The notes beneath the pieces were generated by a model, which ran no database searches, was not told where the DNA came from, and worked only from the letters and a program-made list of their open reading frames with translations. Both the position numbers and the translations under genes were made by a program. Positions 17,172 to 25,177 of a stretch of 64,000 nt of DNA are shown here, piece by piece. The number at the start of each line of letters is the position of its first letter. Within the stretch, counting starts at the first letter, position 1. Location of the stretch: assembly GCA_017848335.1 (NCBI GenBank), contig JAGDAX010000046.1, positions 2,752 through 66,751 of the forward strand. Direction: 5' to 3'. This stretch comes from Clostridia bacterium (GTDB lineage: Bacteria; Bacillota; Clostridia; UBA1212).

Positions 17172-19022
17172 TTGAACCTGGAATATCTTATTGTCGGCAT
17201 TGCCAAGGGCTCAGCTGACGACCTGAAACAATATTATGAAGCGACTTGCCGCGGGGCGTATTCCTACGCACTCTCGATTCTGGGCGACAGGAACCTCGCG
17301 CGTGACGCGGCCGTTGAAAGCTACCGCAGAGTTATCGCGAACGCGTACGTTTTCGATACCGCCATGTCGGCGGAGCTCTGGCATTTCGGCATGCTCAAAA
17401 ACCTGTGCGTTAACGGGCTCTGCGACGGAGAGATCGCGAAAAGCGCCGCGGCGGGCAGGCAGGACAACCTGTCGATTCTTCTCGGGAGCGCACTTTTTGA
17501 GACCGCCGAGGACAGGGGAAGGATCATCGCGCTGAGGCTTGGCGCGGGCCTTGCCGTGAAGGAGGCTGCGGAAATTCTCTGGTACAACAGGGCTTCCTGC
17601 GGAAGCGAGTACCGGCGCGGGCTCAGGGAAGCTGCGGCGCTGGCGGACGCAAAAATGGGCAACAGGAAGGGTGACGGCGCGTATGCTGACCTCAAAACCG
17701 GGGAGCTCGAGAAGAGGCTTGCGGAGGACTTTGCGCGGATCGTGCCCGATTATTTCGGACTGATCGACGCCCGCGAAGACACCGCCTTTTCGAACATCAG
17801 CAGCGATACGATGTGGCTTGACGAGAAGGACAGGGCGCTTCCCGGAGAGACGTCGGAGGAGCGCGAGGCGAGGCTTTCCGAGAAGTATAAGGAGAAGAGA
17901 AAGCGGAATTCGGCGATCGCAATTGCCGTGCTGGCGGCGGTGCTGCTGGTGGGCGGAATCGTGACCGCCATTCTGGTGTTTGCAAACAAAAAGGAAAACT
18001 CCGGCGAGGACGTTGAGAGCGGCGAGCCGCAGTACAGAACGACGGCGGTGGTATGTGCCTCGGGGAACAGGATATATTTCGGCAATTATTCGGAGGGCGG
18101 CAGCCTTTACGTGTACGATATCGCGTCCGGCAAGAGCAGCAGGCTCGGCGACGCGGTGCCCAGGGACTTTTCGGACGAGGCGGGCGGGAAAATTTATTTC
18201 CGCGACAGCGCGAAGGGCGAGCTTACCGTGCTGGATGCCCGCGAAGGAACCTTCTCGGGGACAGGCATTAAGGGCGCCTTGCCGGTGGTTCTGGGCGACG
18301 GAGCGGTGGCCTTCTCCTCGAAGGCCGGTGTGGACGTTCTGCTTCCGGACGGCACTGTGGAAAACGTGTTTACGGACAACAGCGGGGCTGTGTTCAGGTT
18401 CGACATGGGGGCGATTGACGGCTCGATTTATTTCTCCGCAGCGCCTTCGGACGGCCTTTACAGGATAACGCCTTATGACGAGGCGCCCGAAGAGGGCGGC
18501 GCCCGGTATTACACCGACAAGGCCATGGACGGCCAGGTGATATACGATTTTGAGACTGTCCGCGAATTTATTGCCTTCGAGGACGGGGGCGGTCACCTTT
18601 TCCTGGTGAACACGGGAATTGACGGGAAGAACGTCACGGAGCTCGCAGGAACACTGGCCAGCGGGGCATTCTCGGTGTACGGGGACAGGGTGTATTATTA
18701 CGGCAGGGCCGCGGCGGCCGGTTCGGGTGCTGCCGCCGGTTCAGGTGCTGCCGCCGCGGGTGCAGGGTCATCTTCGAACGCGATTTATTGTATTTCGGTG
18801 GATGACCTGCTGGCCGGTAAGGCGCCGCAATTACTTTTTGAGCCGGCCCAAAGGAAGGCGTCCGTGGCCGACATTTATGTTTTTGAAGGCGGCGCCGCGG
18901 TCTACTATTCAAACGGCGAAAAGGAAAAGCCCTATAACGAGCTTGTTTTCTACGCCTTTGACAACAGCAGCTTCAACGGAGAGGTGAAGCCGCAGGAGAC
19001 CGTGCTTTTTAAGAGCCGATAA
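17172..19022 (+). CDS. Membrane-anchored sigma-70-like protein with an extracytoplasmic beta-propeller-like (DUF5050-like) domain
   Basis: TTG start. The N-terminus has a region-2-like segment (DLKQYYEATCRGAYSYALSILGDRNLARDAAVESY) and a region-4-like HTH (RGRIIALRLGAGLAVKEAAEILWYNRASCGSEY). One TM helix follows (AIAIAVLAAVLLVGGIVTAILVF), then repeated IYF/VYY strand motifs. Confidence 0.55.
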   Translation: MNLEYLIVGIAKGSADDLKQYYEATCRGAYSYALSILGDRNLARDAAVESYRRVIANAYVFDTAMSAELWHFGMLKNLCVNGLCDGEIAKSAAAGRQDNLSILLGSALFETAEDRGRIIALRLGAGLAVKEAAEILWYNRASCGSEYRRGLREAAALADAKMGNRKGDGAYADLKTGELEKRLAEDFARIVPDYFGLIDAREDTAFSNISSDTMWLDEKDRALPGETSEEREARLSEKYKEKRKRNSAIAIAVLAAVLLVGGIVTAILVFANKKENSGEDVESGEPQYRTTAVVCASGNRIYFGNYSEGGSLYVYDIASGKSSRLGDAVPRDFSDEAGGKIYFRDSAKGELTVLDAREGTFSGTGIKGALPVVLGDGAVAFSSKAGVDVLLPDGTVENVFTDNSGAVFRFDMGAIDGSIYFSAAPSDGLYRITPYDEAPEEGGARYYTDKAMDGQVIYDFETVREFIAFEDGGGHLFLVNTGIDGKNVTELAGTLASGAFSVYGDRVYYYGRAAAAGSGAAAGSGAAAAGAGSSSNAIYCISVDDLLAGKAPQLLFEPAQRKASVADIYVFEGGAAVYYSNGEKEKPYNELVFYAFDNSSFNGEVKPQETVLFKSR

Positions 19023-19492
19023 GGCAAGGCTCCGGGCCGGGCGGTTGGAGCGCATTTTTTCATTCCGCCAGCGAAGGGAAAATCTGCAGGAGAGATGTTT
19101 TTCAGCTTATTTTTATTTCCCGGCGGTATCATACGTCCCGGCGGAAATATATTTTCCGTCAAATGCCCGTCAGATGTCCGCCAATTACCCGTAAAGCCGG
19201 ATTTTCCGCGGAAAACATTCTCGGGCGGCATCGCTTTTTGCGGAGAAAATATTTTCGGGCGGTGCATTTTGCCTGAAAAAGCTATATAATAGCACTGCAA
19301 GGGCGAATGCTTTTTCTTCGCTCCGCAGGACGCCGGGCAGGCAGGACGCCGGGCACGCGGGACGCAGGCCCACGCGACGCGCCAGATTGACGCGGTATCC
19401 GATTCCGATTTACTCAGGCATTGACCCGGCATTGACGCTACACCGGCGCTGCGTTGACTTTGCGGCGAGAGCACATTTAAGGAGGCCATCAT

Positions 19493-20434
19493 TTGAAAGC
19501 TTTGATGATAATCAACCCCATGTCAGGCATGCGGATCATGCAGAACAACGCCCACCAGCTTGAAAAGAGGCTTCTGAAAAACGGCAAGCTCACGGACGTC
19601 CGGATCGTATATACCACCGGCAACGGCGACGCAACAAGAGTCGCATCGGAGCTGTCTCCCGGGGAGTACGATTTCGTGCTGGCCGCAGGCGGTGACGGCA
19701 CGGTTCACGAGGTGGTCAACGGTCTCATGCTGTCGGAGTGCGGCATACCGCTTCTCGTTCTCGGGGCCGGCACCACCAACGATTTTGTGGGGGCTTTGGG
19801 CATTTCCAACAACGCCCTCGCACTGGAAACGTATATCAACGACTTCTGCGTCAGGGACGTGGACGTGGGAATTTGCAACGGGAAATATTTCCTCAACGTG
19901 GCCTCCGTGGGCATGCTTTCGGACATCGCACACACTGTGACGCCGGAGCAAAAATCCGCCCTCGGCAAGGTGGCTTACTACGCGCAGGGCATGATGGAGC
20001 TGGGCGCCTTCAAGTTCAATACGGAGAGGTTCAAATTCACGACGGACACGGAAGAATTCGAAGAGGACGTATTTCTCTTCGCGGCGACAAACACGCGCCA
20101 ATCCGGGGGCTTCAGGAATCTGGCTCCGCAGGCGAAGCTTGACGACGGCCTGCTGGACGTTTTCATTATGAGGGGCATTCGCCAGAACGACGTTTTGCCG
20201 CTTTTCGGGAAGATCCAGGCGGGCACCCACACCACCGACAAGAACATCCGGTATTTCCAGACCTCCAGCCTGGTGGTGGATTATGCCGGGGAGCGCGGTA
20301 CGTTCGCAGTAGACTGCGACGGCGAGGATTTCGGACTGCTGCCGATCACGATAAGCGTGGCGCCCCGCAAGCTGAAGCTTCTCGTGCCCCGCAATTCCGC
20401 CAAGGCGAAGAAGCACTTTTCGACCCCCTTGTGA
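19493..20434 (+). CDS. Diacylglycerol/lipid kinase family protein (YegS/DagK type)
   Basis: TTG start preceded by AAGGAGG. Contains MIINPMSG and the AAGGDGTVHEVVNGL motif. Confidence 0.85.
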   Translation: MKALMIINPMSGMRIMQNNAHQLEKRLLKNGKLTDVRIVYTTGNGDATRVASELSPGEYDFVLAAGGDGTVHEVVNGLMLSECGIPLLVLGAGTTNDFVGALGISNNALALETYINDFCVRDVDVGICNGKYFLNVASVGMLSDIAHTVTPEQKSALGKVAYYAQGMMELGAFKFNTERFKFTTDTEEFEEDVFLFAATNTRQSGGFRNLAPQAKLDDGLLDVFIMRGIRQNDVLPLFGKIQAGTHTTDKNIRYFQTSSLVVDYAGERGTFAVDCDGEDFGLLPITISVAPRKLKLLVPRNSAKAKKHFSTPL

Positions 20435-20594
20435 GGGCCGGCGGTCTCGTTACTTCCCGGCGGAGCTGACACTTTTTCCGCATGCTGCGAGCCCGGAAAA
20501 TTACGCGGCTTGCTGCCGGAAAACTTCGCCGCTTGCTGCGGCCAAACGATTTTGCAATACAGTGACACACGACAAAAATGTTTTGGAGGCTATT

Positions 20595-21386
20595 GTGAAA
20601 ATATATATCAGCAACAACATTGACGCGCGGACCGGCAAGGGCTTCAGGCGCGACAAGGACAACGCTCTGGCGATCAGGGTCAACCTTTCGACCGAGCTGG
20701 CGGAGATCTCGAAGGCGGCTCTGGAAGCCGGTGCGACGGACGTCTGCCTTCAGGACAAGGGCGTCGGCGACGGGCTCATTTACGACCTTTTCCCCAAGGA
20801 ATGCCGGTTTATTCGCGGGCGCGACGGCGATATTTTCGGGGCAACGCCGGGCCTTAACGGCGAGAAGTTCGACGGCATTTTCGTCACAAGAGCGTCATTT
20901 CCCAGCGACAGCAACATCGACCCGCTGTACGAAAATTCCGTGATCGGCATCGAGTCGGTCAAGATCAACGAGGAGCGCGCGGGAATTTTCGCCATCAACC
21001 TCTACAATGCGGGATACCTTGGCGTGCCCGTGGGTCTGGTCAGCGGCGACAAGGGCGCCTGCGATTTTGCGGAGGACATCGCGAAGGGCGTTGTGACGGT
21101 TCCCGTCAGCAAGAGCTCCGGCGGTGCGGAATTTCACGCAAGTCCCCTCAAGACAGCGGAGCTCCTTCGAAACGCCGTGAAGGAGATCATCGCCGGCGAC
21201 ACCTTGAAGGGTGCGAGCGTCAGAATGCCTCAGTCGTTTGAGGTCAGCGTCAGGTACGAAAGCTACGCTTCCGCTTACAGGAACAGCTTCTTCCCCGGAG
21301 CGATCCAGGTGGCGCCCGGCAAGATCCGATTTAAGTCCACCAATTACATGGACGTGCTGAGATTCCTGCTTTTCTGCGTGAGATAA
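20595..21386 (+). CDS. M55 (DppA-like) family protein, probably divergent
   Basis: GTG start after GGAGG. The N-terminus VKIYISNNIDARTG resembles MKIYIS.D.EG of D-aminopeptidase DppA, but the metal-ligand positions look altered. Confidence 0.45.
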   Translation: MKIYISNNIDARTGKGFRRDKDNALAIRVNLSTELAEISKAALEAGATDVCLQDKGVGDGLIYDLFPKECRFIRGRDGDIFGATPGLNGEKFDGIFVTRASFPSDSNIDPLYENSVIGIESVKINEERAGIFAINLYNAGYLGVPVGLVSGDKGACDFAEDIAKGVVTVPVSKSSGGAEFHASPLKTAELLRNAVKEIIAGDTLKGASVRMPQSFEVSVRYESYASAYRNSFFPGAIQVAPGKIRFKSTNYMDVLRFLLFCVR

Positions 21387-21469
21387 AAAGGCTGCCGTAT
21401 CTGCAGGAATGCCGAAGCGCCGGGCCCGTGGCCCGGCGTTTCAGCCAAAACGGAACAAAACGCAAAACA

Positions 21470-21517
21470 AATCCCCTTTCGGGCAACAATTCGTCGTCCC
21501 GAAAGGGGATTCTTTTT
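21470..21517. terminator. Strong, probably bidirectional, rho-independent terminator
   Basis: AATCCCCTTTCGGG (21470-21483) pairs with CCCGAAAGGGGATT (21498-21511). An A-run lies upstream and CTTTTTG downstream. It sits between convergent genes. Confidence 0.75.
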
Positions 21518-21634
21518 GCGCGGGGCGCTCGCGGCGCGTGAAGCAGAGCCTCAACCGTCACCTGCAGGGCGCTGTGCGAATGCGAGGAGCCGCCTGCTCA
21601 GCGCAGCCAATCAAGCAACGCTGCCAACTGTTCA

Positions 21635-21736
21635 GCGCCGCAAATCACGAAGCGCCGCAAATCACGAAGCGCCGCAAATCACGAAGCGCCGCAAATCAAG
21701 CAGCGCCGCAAATCAAGCAGCGCCGCCGGTTATGAA
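21635..21736. repeat. 17-nt tandem repeat GCGCCGCAAATCAMGMA, 6 units
   Basis: Units read directly at 21635, 21652, 21669, 21686, 21703 and 21720. Confidence 0.9.
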
Positions 21737-21791
21737 GCGCTTATTGCAGGACTCCAATCTAAGCCAACCTCCTAAAAACGCTCACCGGGGT

Positions 21792-23075
21792 TCAGCATGC
21801 GTCAACGCCTGACACCGTGATATTTTCCAGCCTGGTGACCTTCGGGATCTCCGCTGAGGCGTAGCGCCTTGTCTCGCGGCTCATGCGCATATGCGCGAGG
21901 TTGTCCTTCATGTTGCCTGAGATCGAGCCGCCGCTGACGGGAGTGACATTGCCCTCGCCGTCGTGGAAGTAGCCGAGACGGATCTCGCCGAAAATATCGC
22001 CGGTGAGGCCGTCCACCTGAAAATCGGAAAATTCGACTATTTCAAGGAACTTTCCGCTGCGCAGACCCTCTGCGGGCGTGCTGCCGCCGCTGACGCTCCA
22101 GTTGGAAACGATGAATGTGTCGTCAAGGCCAAGGTACTGGGAGAACATTCTGCCGCCGACGTATTGCTGCGGCACGCCGGAGTCGATAAGCACCGCGTCC
22201 CTGATTGGCGCGCCTTCCGGGTCGCAGGAGAAATTGGAGGGCGAATTCGGAAGCTCCCGCAATGCCTTGAGGGTGACCTTGTCGCCGTCCGTGTTCACGG
22301 TCACGGGCTTGCCGAGCTCGAAGGAGCTCATCCGGCGAAGCACCATGGAGACCTCCAGATTAGCCAGGAAGTAGCTGTAAATGCTGAGAGCTGCGTCGGT
22401 GGAAAATACGACGGGGTAGGAGCCTATGGCGGGCGTTGGCTTCGCGATCAGCCTGTCGCGGCCGAAGCGCATCAGCTCCTCGATATCGAGACGGAGCTGC
22501 TCCCGGTCGCAGCCGCCCAGATGGTAGAGCCTGTAAAGCTCGATTTCGTGATCGTCCTTGCGGGCGTTCACCACCAGGTCGATCATGGAGGAGAGGTAAT
22601 TCTCGGTCACGTCCACGCCCTCTGAATTGACGAGGCGCCTCTTCACGGCGGATACAAACAGCTCGTAGCTGTTGAGATACTCGGTCGCGGTCTCGTGAAT
22701 ACTGTCCATAGCCTTAATGAAGCGGTCGGATTCCTCCCTGAGATCGAATTCGCGGGCCTTTACCGGTTCGAAGGGCTTCGGCACGTTGAGCCTGTAGGGC
22801 TTGTTCTTGACGAGGCCGGCCTGGTAGACCAGATCGTCCACAGTCCGCCTGATATTGGCGTCGGTCTCCGTGGGCGGGATCTCGGCGGAGGCCATGCCCA
22901 TAAAGCCGTCCTCCGACAGCTTGTAAACGCAAAGCCTGACGTGCTCGACGTTCTTGGCGCGGTTCTGGTCAAGCCTGTGGCCGATGTAATAGAATTCCCA
23001 GTTTTTGACCTCTGTGCTGAATACTTCCCACGCGTCCGCCCCGGAAGCCTTCAAAATATCGATATATCTGTCCAT
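21792..23075 (-). CDS. pmbA: TldD/PmbA-family metalloprotease, PmbA (TldE)-like subunit
   Basis: Paralogous to the upstream TldD. Its ATG overlaps the tldD stop codon (TAATG at 23077-23073). The product begins MDRYIDILKASGADAWEV. Confidence 0.8.
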   Translation of the reverse strand: MDRYIDILKASGADAWEVFSTEVKNWEFYYIGHRLDQNRAKNVEHVRLCVYKLSEDGFMGMASAEIPPTETDANIRRTVDDLVYQAGLVKNKPYRLNVPKPFEPVKAREFDLREESDRFIKAMDSIHETATEYLNSYELFVSAVKRRLVNSEGVDVTENYLSSMIDLVVNARKDDHEIELYRLYHLGGCDREQLRLDIEELMRFGRDRLIAKPTPAIGSYPVVFSTDAALSIYSYFLANLEVSMVLRRMSSFELGKPVTVNTDGDKVTLKALRELPNSPSNFSCDPEGAPIRDAVLIDSGVPQQYVGGRMFSQYLGLDDTFIVSNWSVSGGSTPAEGLRSGKFLEIVEFSDFQVDGLTGDIFGEIRLGYFHDGEGNVTPVSGGSISGNMKDNLAHMRMSRETRRYASAEIPKVTRLENITVSGVDAC

Positions 23076-24508
23076 TATCCGAGCCTCGCTTTCGTTTTGA
23101 GATAGGGGCCGCCGTCGGAGACCTTGACCCATTCCTTGTGGCCTTTGCCGCAGCCGCCGCTTCCTTCAACCTCGCTGAAGGTGCCTGCCATGGTGATATT
23201 GCCGAGAAGATCCGGAACGTAGCCGGTCATGATCACCGGGGAGACCACCTTGCCGGTGAGCCTGCCGTCCTTTATTTCATGCCCCATCTGGATGATGCAC
23301 TGGATGCCCCAGTGCTTCGGGTCCTCCATGCCGCTCTCAACGCCTTCAAGCAGGTAGCCGTATTTGACGGAGGCGATCATGTCCTCGAGAGAATCGGTGC
23401 CTGTGTCAAAAACGGTGTTGGTCATGCGCGTGTAGACCTTGTGCTCGAAATTCTCGCGCTTCCCGTTGCCGGTGGGCACGGTGCCGAGCCGCAGGGCCGC
23501 AAGCGCGTCGCAAATTCCCGCTTTCAATATTCCCCGGTCGATCTCAACAACGTCGCCGGCGAGAGTACCTTCGTCGTCAAAAGCGTAACTGGTGACGTTC
23601 TCCGCGCAAAGAGCGCCCTCGTGCATCGTGACGAGGTCGGAGCCCACGCGCTTTCCTATGTAGTCCGCCCCGAGGGCGCGGCCTTTTACGAACATGTCCA
23701 TCTCAACGCCGTGGCCGAAGGCTTCGTGCGCGATAAGACCGGCAATTCCGGGCGTCGCAATAATGTCGTACTCGCCGGGAACGATGCGCTCCGAGTCGAG
23801 CATCAGCTCCGCGTTTTTGGCTGCCGGCTCCAGCTTGTCCGCAAGCCCCGGGAATATCTCAGGGCCGCCAAGCGCAGAAACGGATTTGTAGCCGACCTTG
23901 TTCTGCCCGTCTCTGCCGACGACCAGCGCCACCGAGCCTTCGCTGTAAACGTAGCTCTGCCTGAGGCACCGGTTTTTGGTGAGGAAAAGCTTGCAGATGT
24001 GTGTGGACTGCGCCCGTGTGATGCAGTCGAGAACGTTCTCCGACAGCGCCAGCCCCTTCTCGGATATTTCCGAGAGAAGCGCGATAAGCCCCGGAAGGTC
24101 GGCCTCCTCAGGCAGCACGCCGGTCTCTTTTTCCACAAAGAGCTCCAGCGGCTCATCGGGAAGGGGCCCCGTCTCGTAGATCCGGCAGCTGTTCGCCTTG
24201 AGAACCTCCAGCTGCGCGTTAAGAGTCTCCGATATCTCCTTCGCGGCCGCCTCCGGATTCTGCGGGTCAAACCTGTCAAGGGCATACTCGCTGTAAAGGC
24301 CGTCCCTGTATACCCGGACGACAGTGCCTCGCTCCGTGGTCATGGTCTTGTTTCCCACCGATTTTGAGTGCCGGGAAATGCCTACTGTGAGGCCCTTCGA
24401 GTCCGTGGACAGAACGCTCACATAGCTGAATTCCTGCCCGAGAAGCTCCACCAGCTTCTTGAGGCCGGGCATCAGGCTGTTCAGATATTCTGAAAAAGGT
24501 GCTTTCAT
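23075..24508 (-). CDS. tldD: Metalloprotease TldD
   Basis: HEAFGHGVEMD zinc motif (HExxxH) and a C-terminal GGCGKG motif typical of TldD. Confidence 0.88.
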   Translation of the reverse strand: MKAPFSEYLNSLMPGLKKLVELLGQEFSYVSVLSTDSKGLTVGISRHSKSVGNKTMTTERGTVVRVYRDGLYSEYALDRFDPQNPEAAAKEISETLNAQLEVLKANSCRIYETGPLPDEPLELFVEKETGVLPEEADLPGLIALLSEISEKGLALSENVLDCITRAQSTHICKLFLTKNRCLRQSYVYSEGSVALVVGRDGQNKVGYKSVSALGGPEIFPGLADKLEPAAKNAELMLDSERIVPGEYDIIATPGIAGLIAHEAFGHGVEMDMFVKGRALGADYIGKRVGSDLVTMHEGALCAENVTSYAFDDEGTLAGDVVEIDRGILKAGICDALAALRLGTVPTGNGKRENFEHKVYTRMTNTVFDTGTDSLEDMIASVKYGYLLEGVESGMEDPKHWGIQCIIQMGHEIKDGRLTGKVVSPVIMTGYVPDLLGNITMAGTFSEVEGSGGCGKGHKEWVKVSDGGPYLKTKARLG

Positions 24509-24596
24509 AAAATCTCCTTTTCGCGTTTTATTTGAGATCGCGGCCGCGGCGCCGATGTGCTGCCGGCGTTGAAGTCTCCGGCGTCGATCATCAGGG

Positions 24597-24700
24597 CGTT
24601 GATCTTGTCCGGCGGTGATTGTCCGGCGGTGCTTGTCCGGCGTTGATTGTTCCGGCGGTGCTTGTCCGGCCTTGTCCGGCGTTGATTGTTCCGGCGTTGA
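24597..24700. repeat. 13-14-nt tandem repeat TTGTCCGGCGGTGM, about 8 degenerate units
   Basis: Read directly upstream of tldD, at the GC-rich edge of the AT-rich island. Confidence 0.8.
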
Positions 24701-24913
24701 CCTCTGATGAATATATACTATTTTTTGGCCGCGGAATCAAGGCGGTCTTTGCGGTCTGTTTAGAGAAAATATCTCCAAATATGCGTCTGAAATAGTGCTC
24801 GCGGGCAATTTGCTTATGGATTTGATGCGCAAAAAGCTGATTATGCGTGTCTTTCGCTACTCGTCTTTGGCCGCCTTGGCAACGGCTCAAATAAAGCTTT
24901 GGAGAATGCCGCT

Positions 24914-24996
24914 TCAACGCATCCAACGCATCCAACGCAATGTTAACGCAGATCAAGCGTTGGGACAACGCATTCCAACGCGTTTAATGCGTTGGA
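24914..24996. repeat. Cluster of seven NCAACGCR octamers (5 direct, 2 inverted) including the hairpin TCCAACGC-gtttaat-GCGTTGGA
   Basis: Direct copies at 24914, 24923, 24932, 24943, 24965 and 24975. Inverted copies at 24957 and 24989. Confidence 0.8.
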
Positions 24997-25177
24997 TTCG
25001 AAGCTTTCTGTAAGCAAAGATTCTTTCCACGTGGATTTCCATTTTGATCCTCTTTTGACCCACTGGACAGAATGAAACACTGTAAAACCGTCCCCAAGAG
25101 TAGAAAGCAGATCGTACACAAGAATCTCTGCAAATGGAACATCGGATAGGTCTTCTTTGGATGGATATTTGAGCCAT
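24953..25177 (-). CDS. Hypothetical 74-aa basic Cys-containing protein, possibly translationally coupled to the helicase
   Basis: Its ATG overlaps the helicase stop codon (TAATG), and AAAGGAG lies 10 nt upstream inside the helicase 3' end. The ORF's 3' third is encoded by the CAACGC repeat cluster, which lowers confidence. An alternative 52-66-aa ORF in another frame (24984..25184) encodes one TM helix. Confidence 0.25.
   Translation of the reverse strand: MAQISIQRRPIRCSICRDSCVRSAFYSWGRFYSVSFCPVGQKRIKMEIHVERIFAYRKLRIQRIKRVGMRCPNA

Noticed and set aside
24985-25010. TTCGAATCC (minus strand) resembling a tRNA T-loop, as a possible tRNA or att site at the island edge
   Set aside because: The flanking bases do not form a T-stem or an acceptor stem. 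The sequence is part of the CAACGC palindrome cluster, and no cloverleaf can be drawn.
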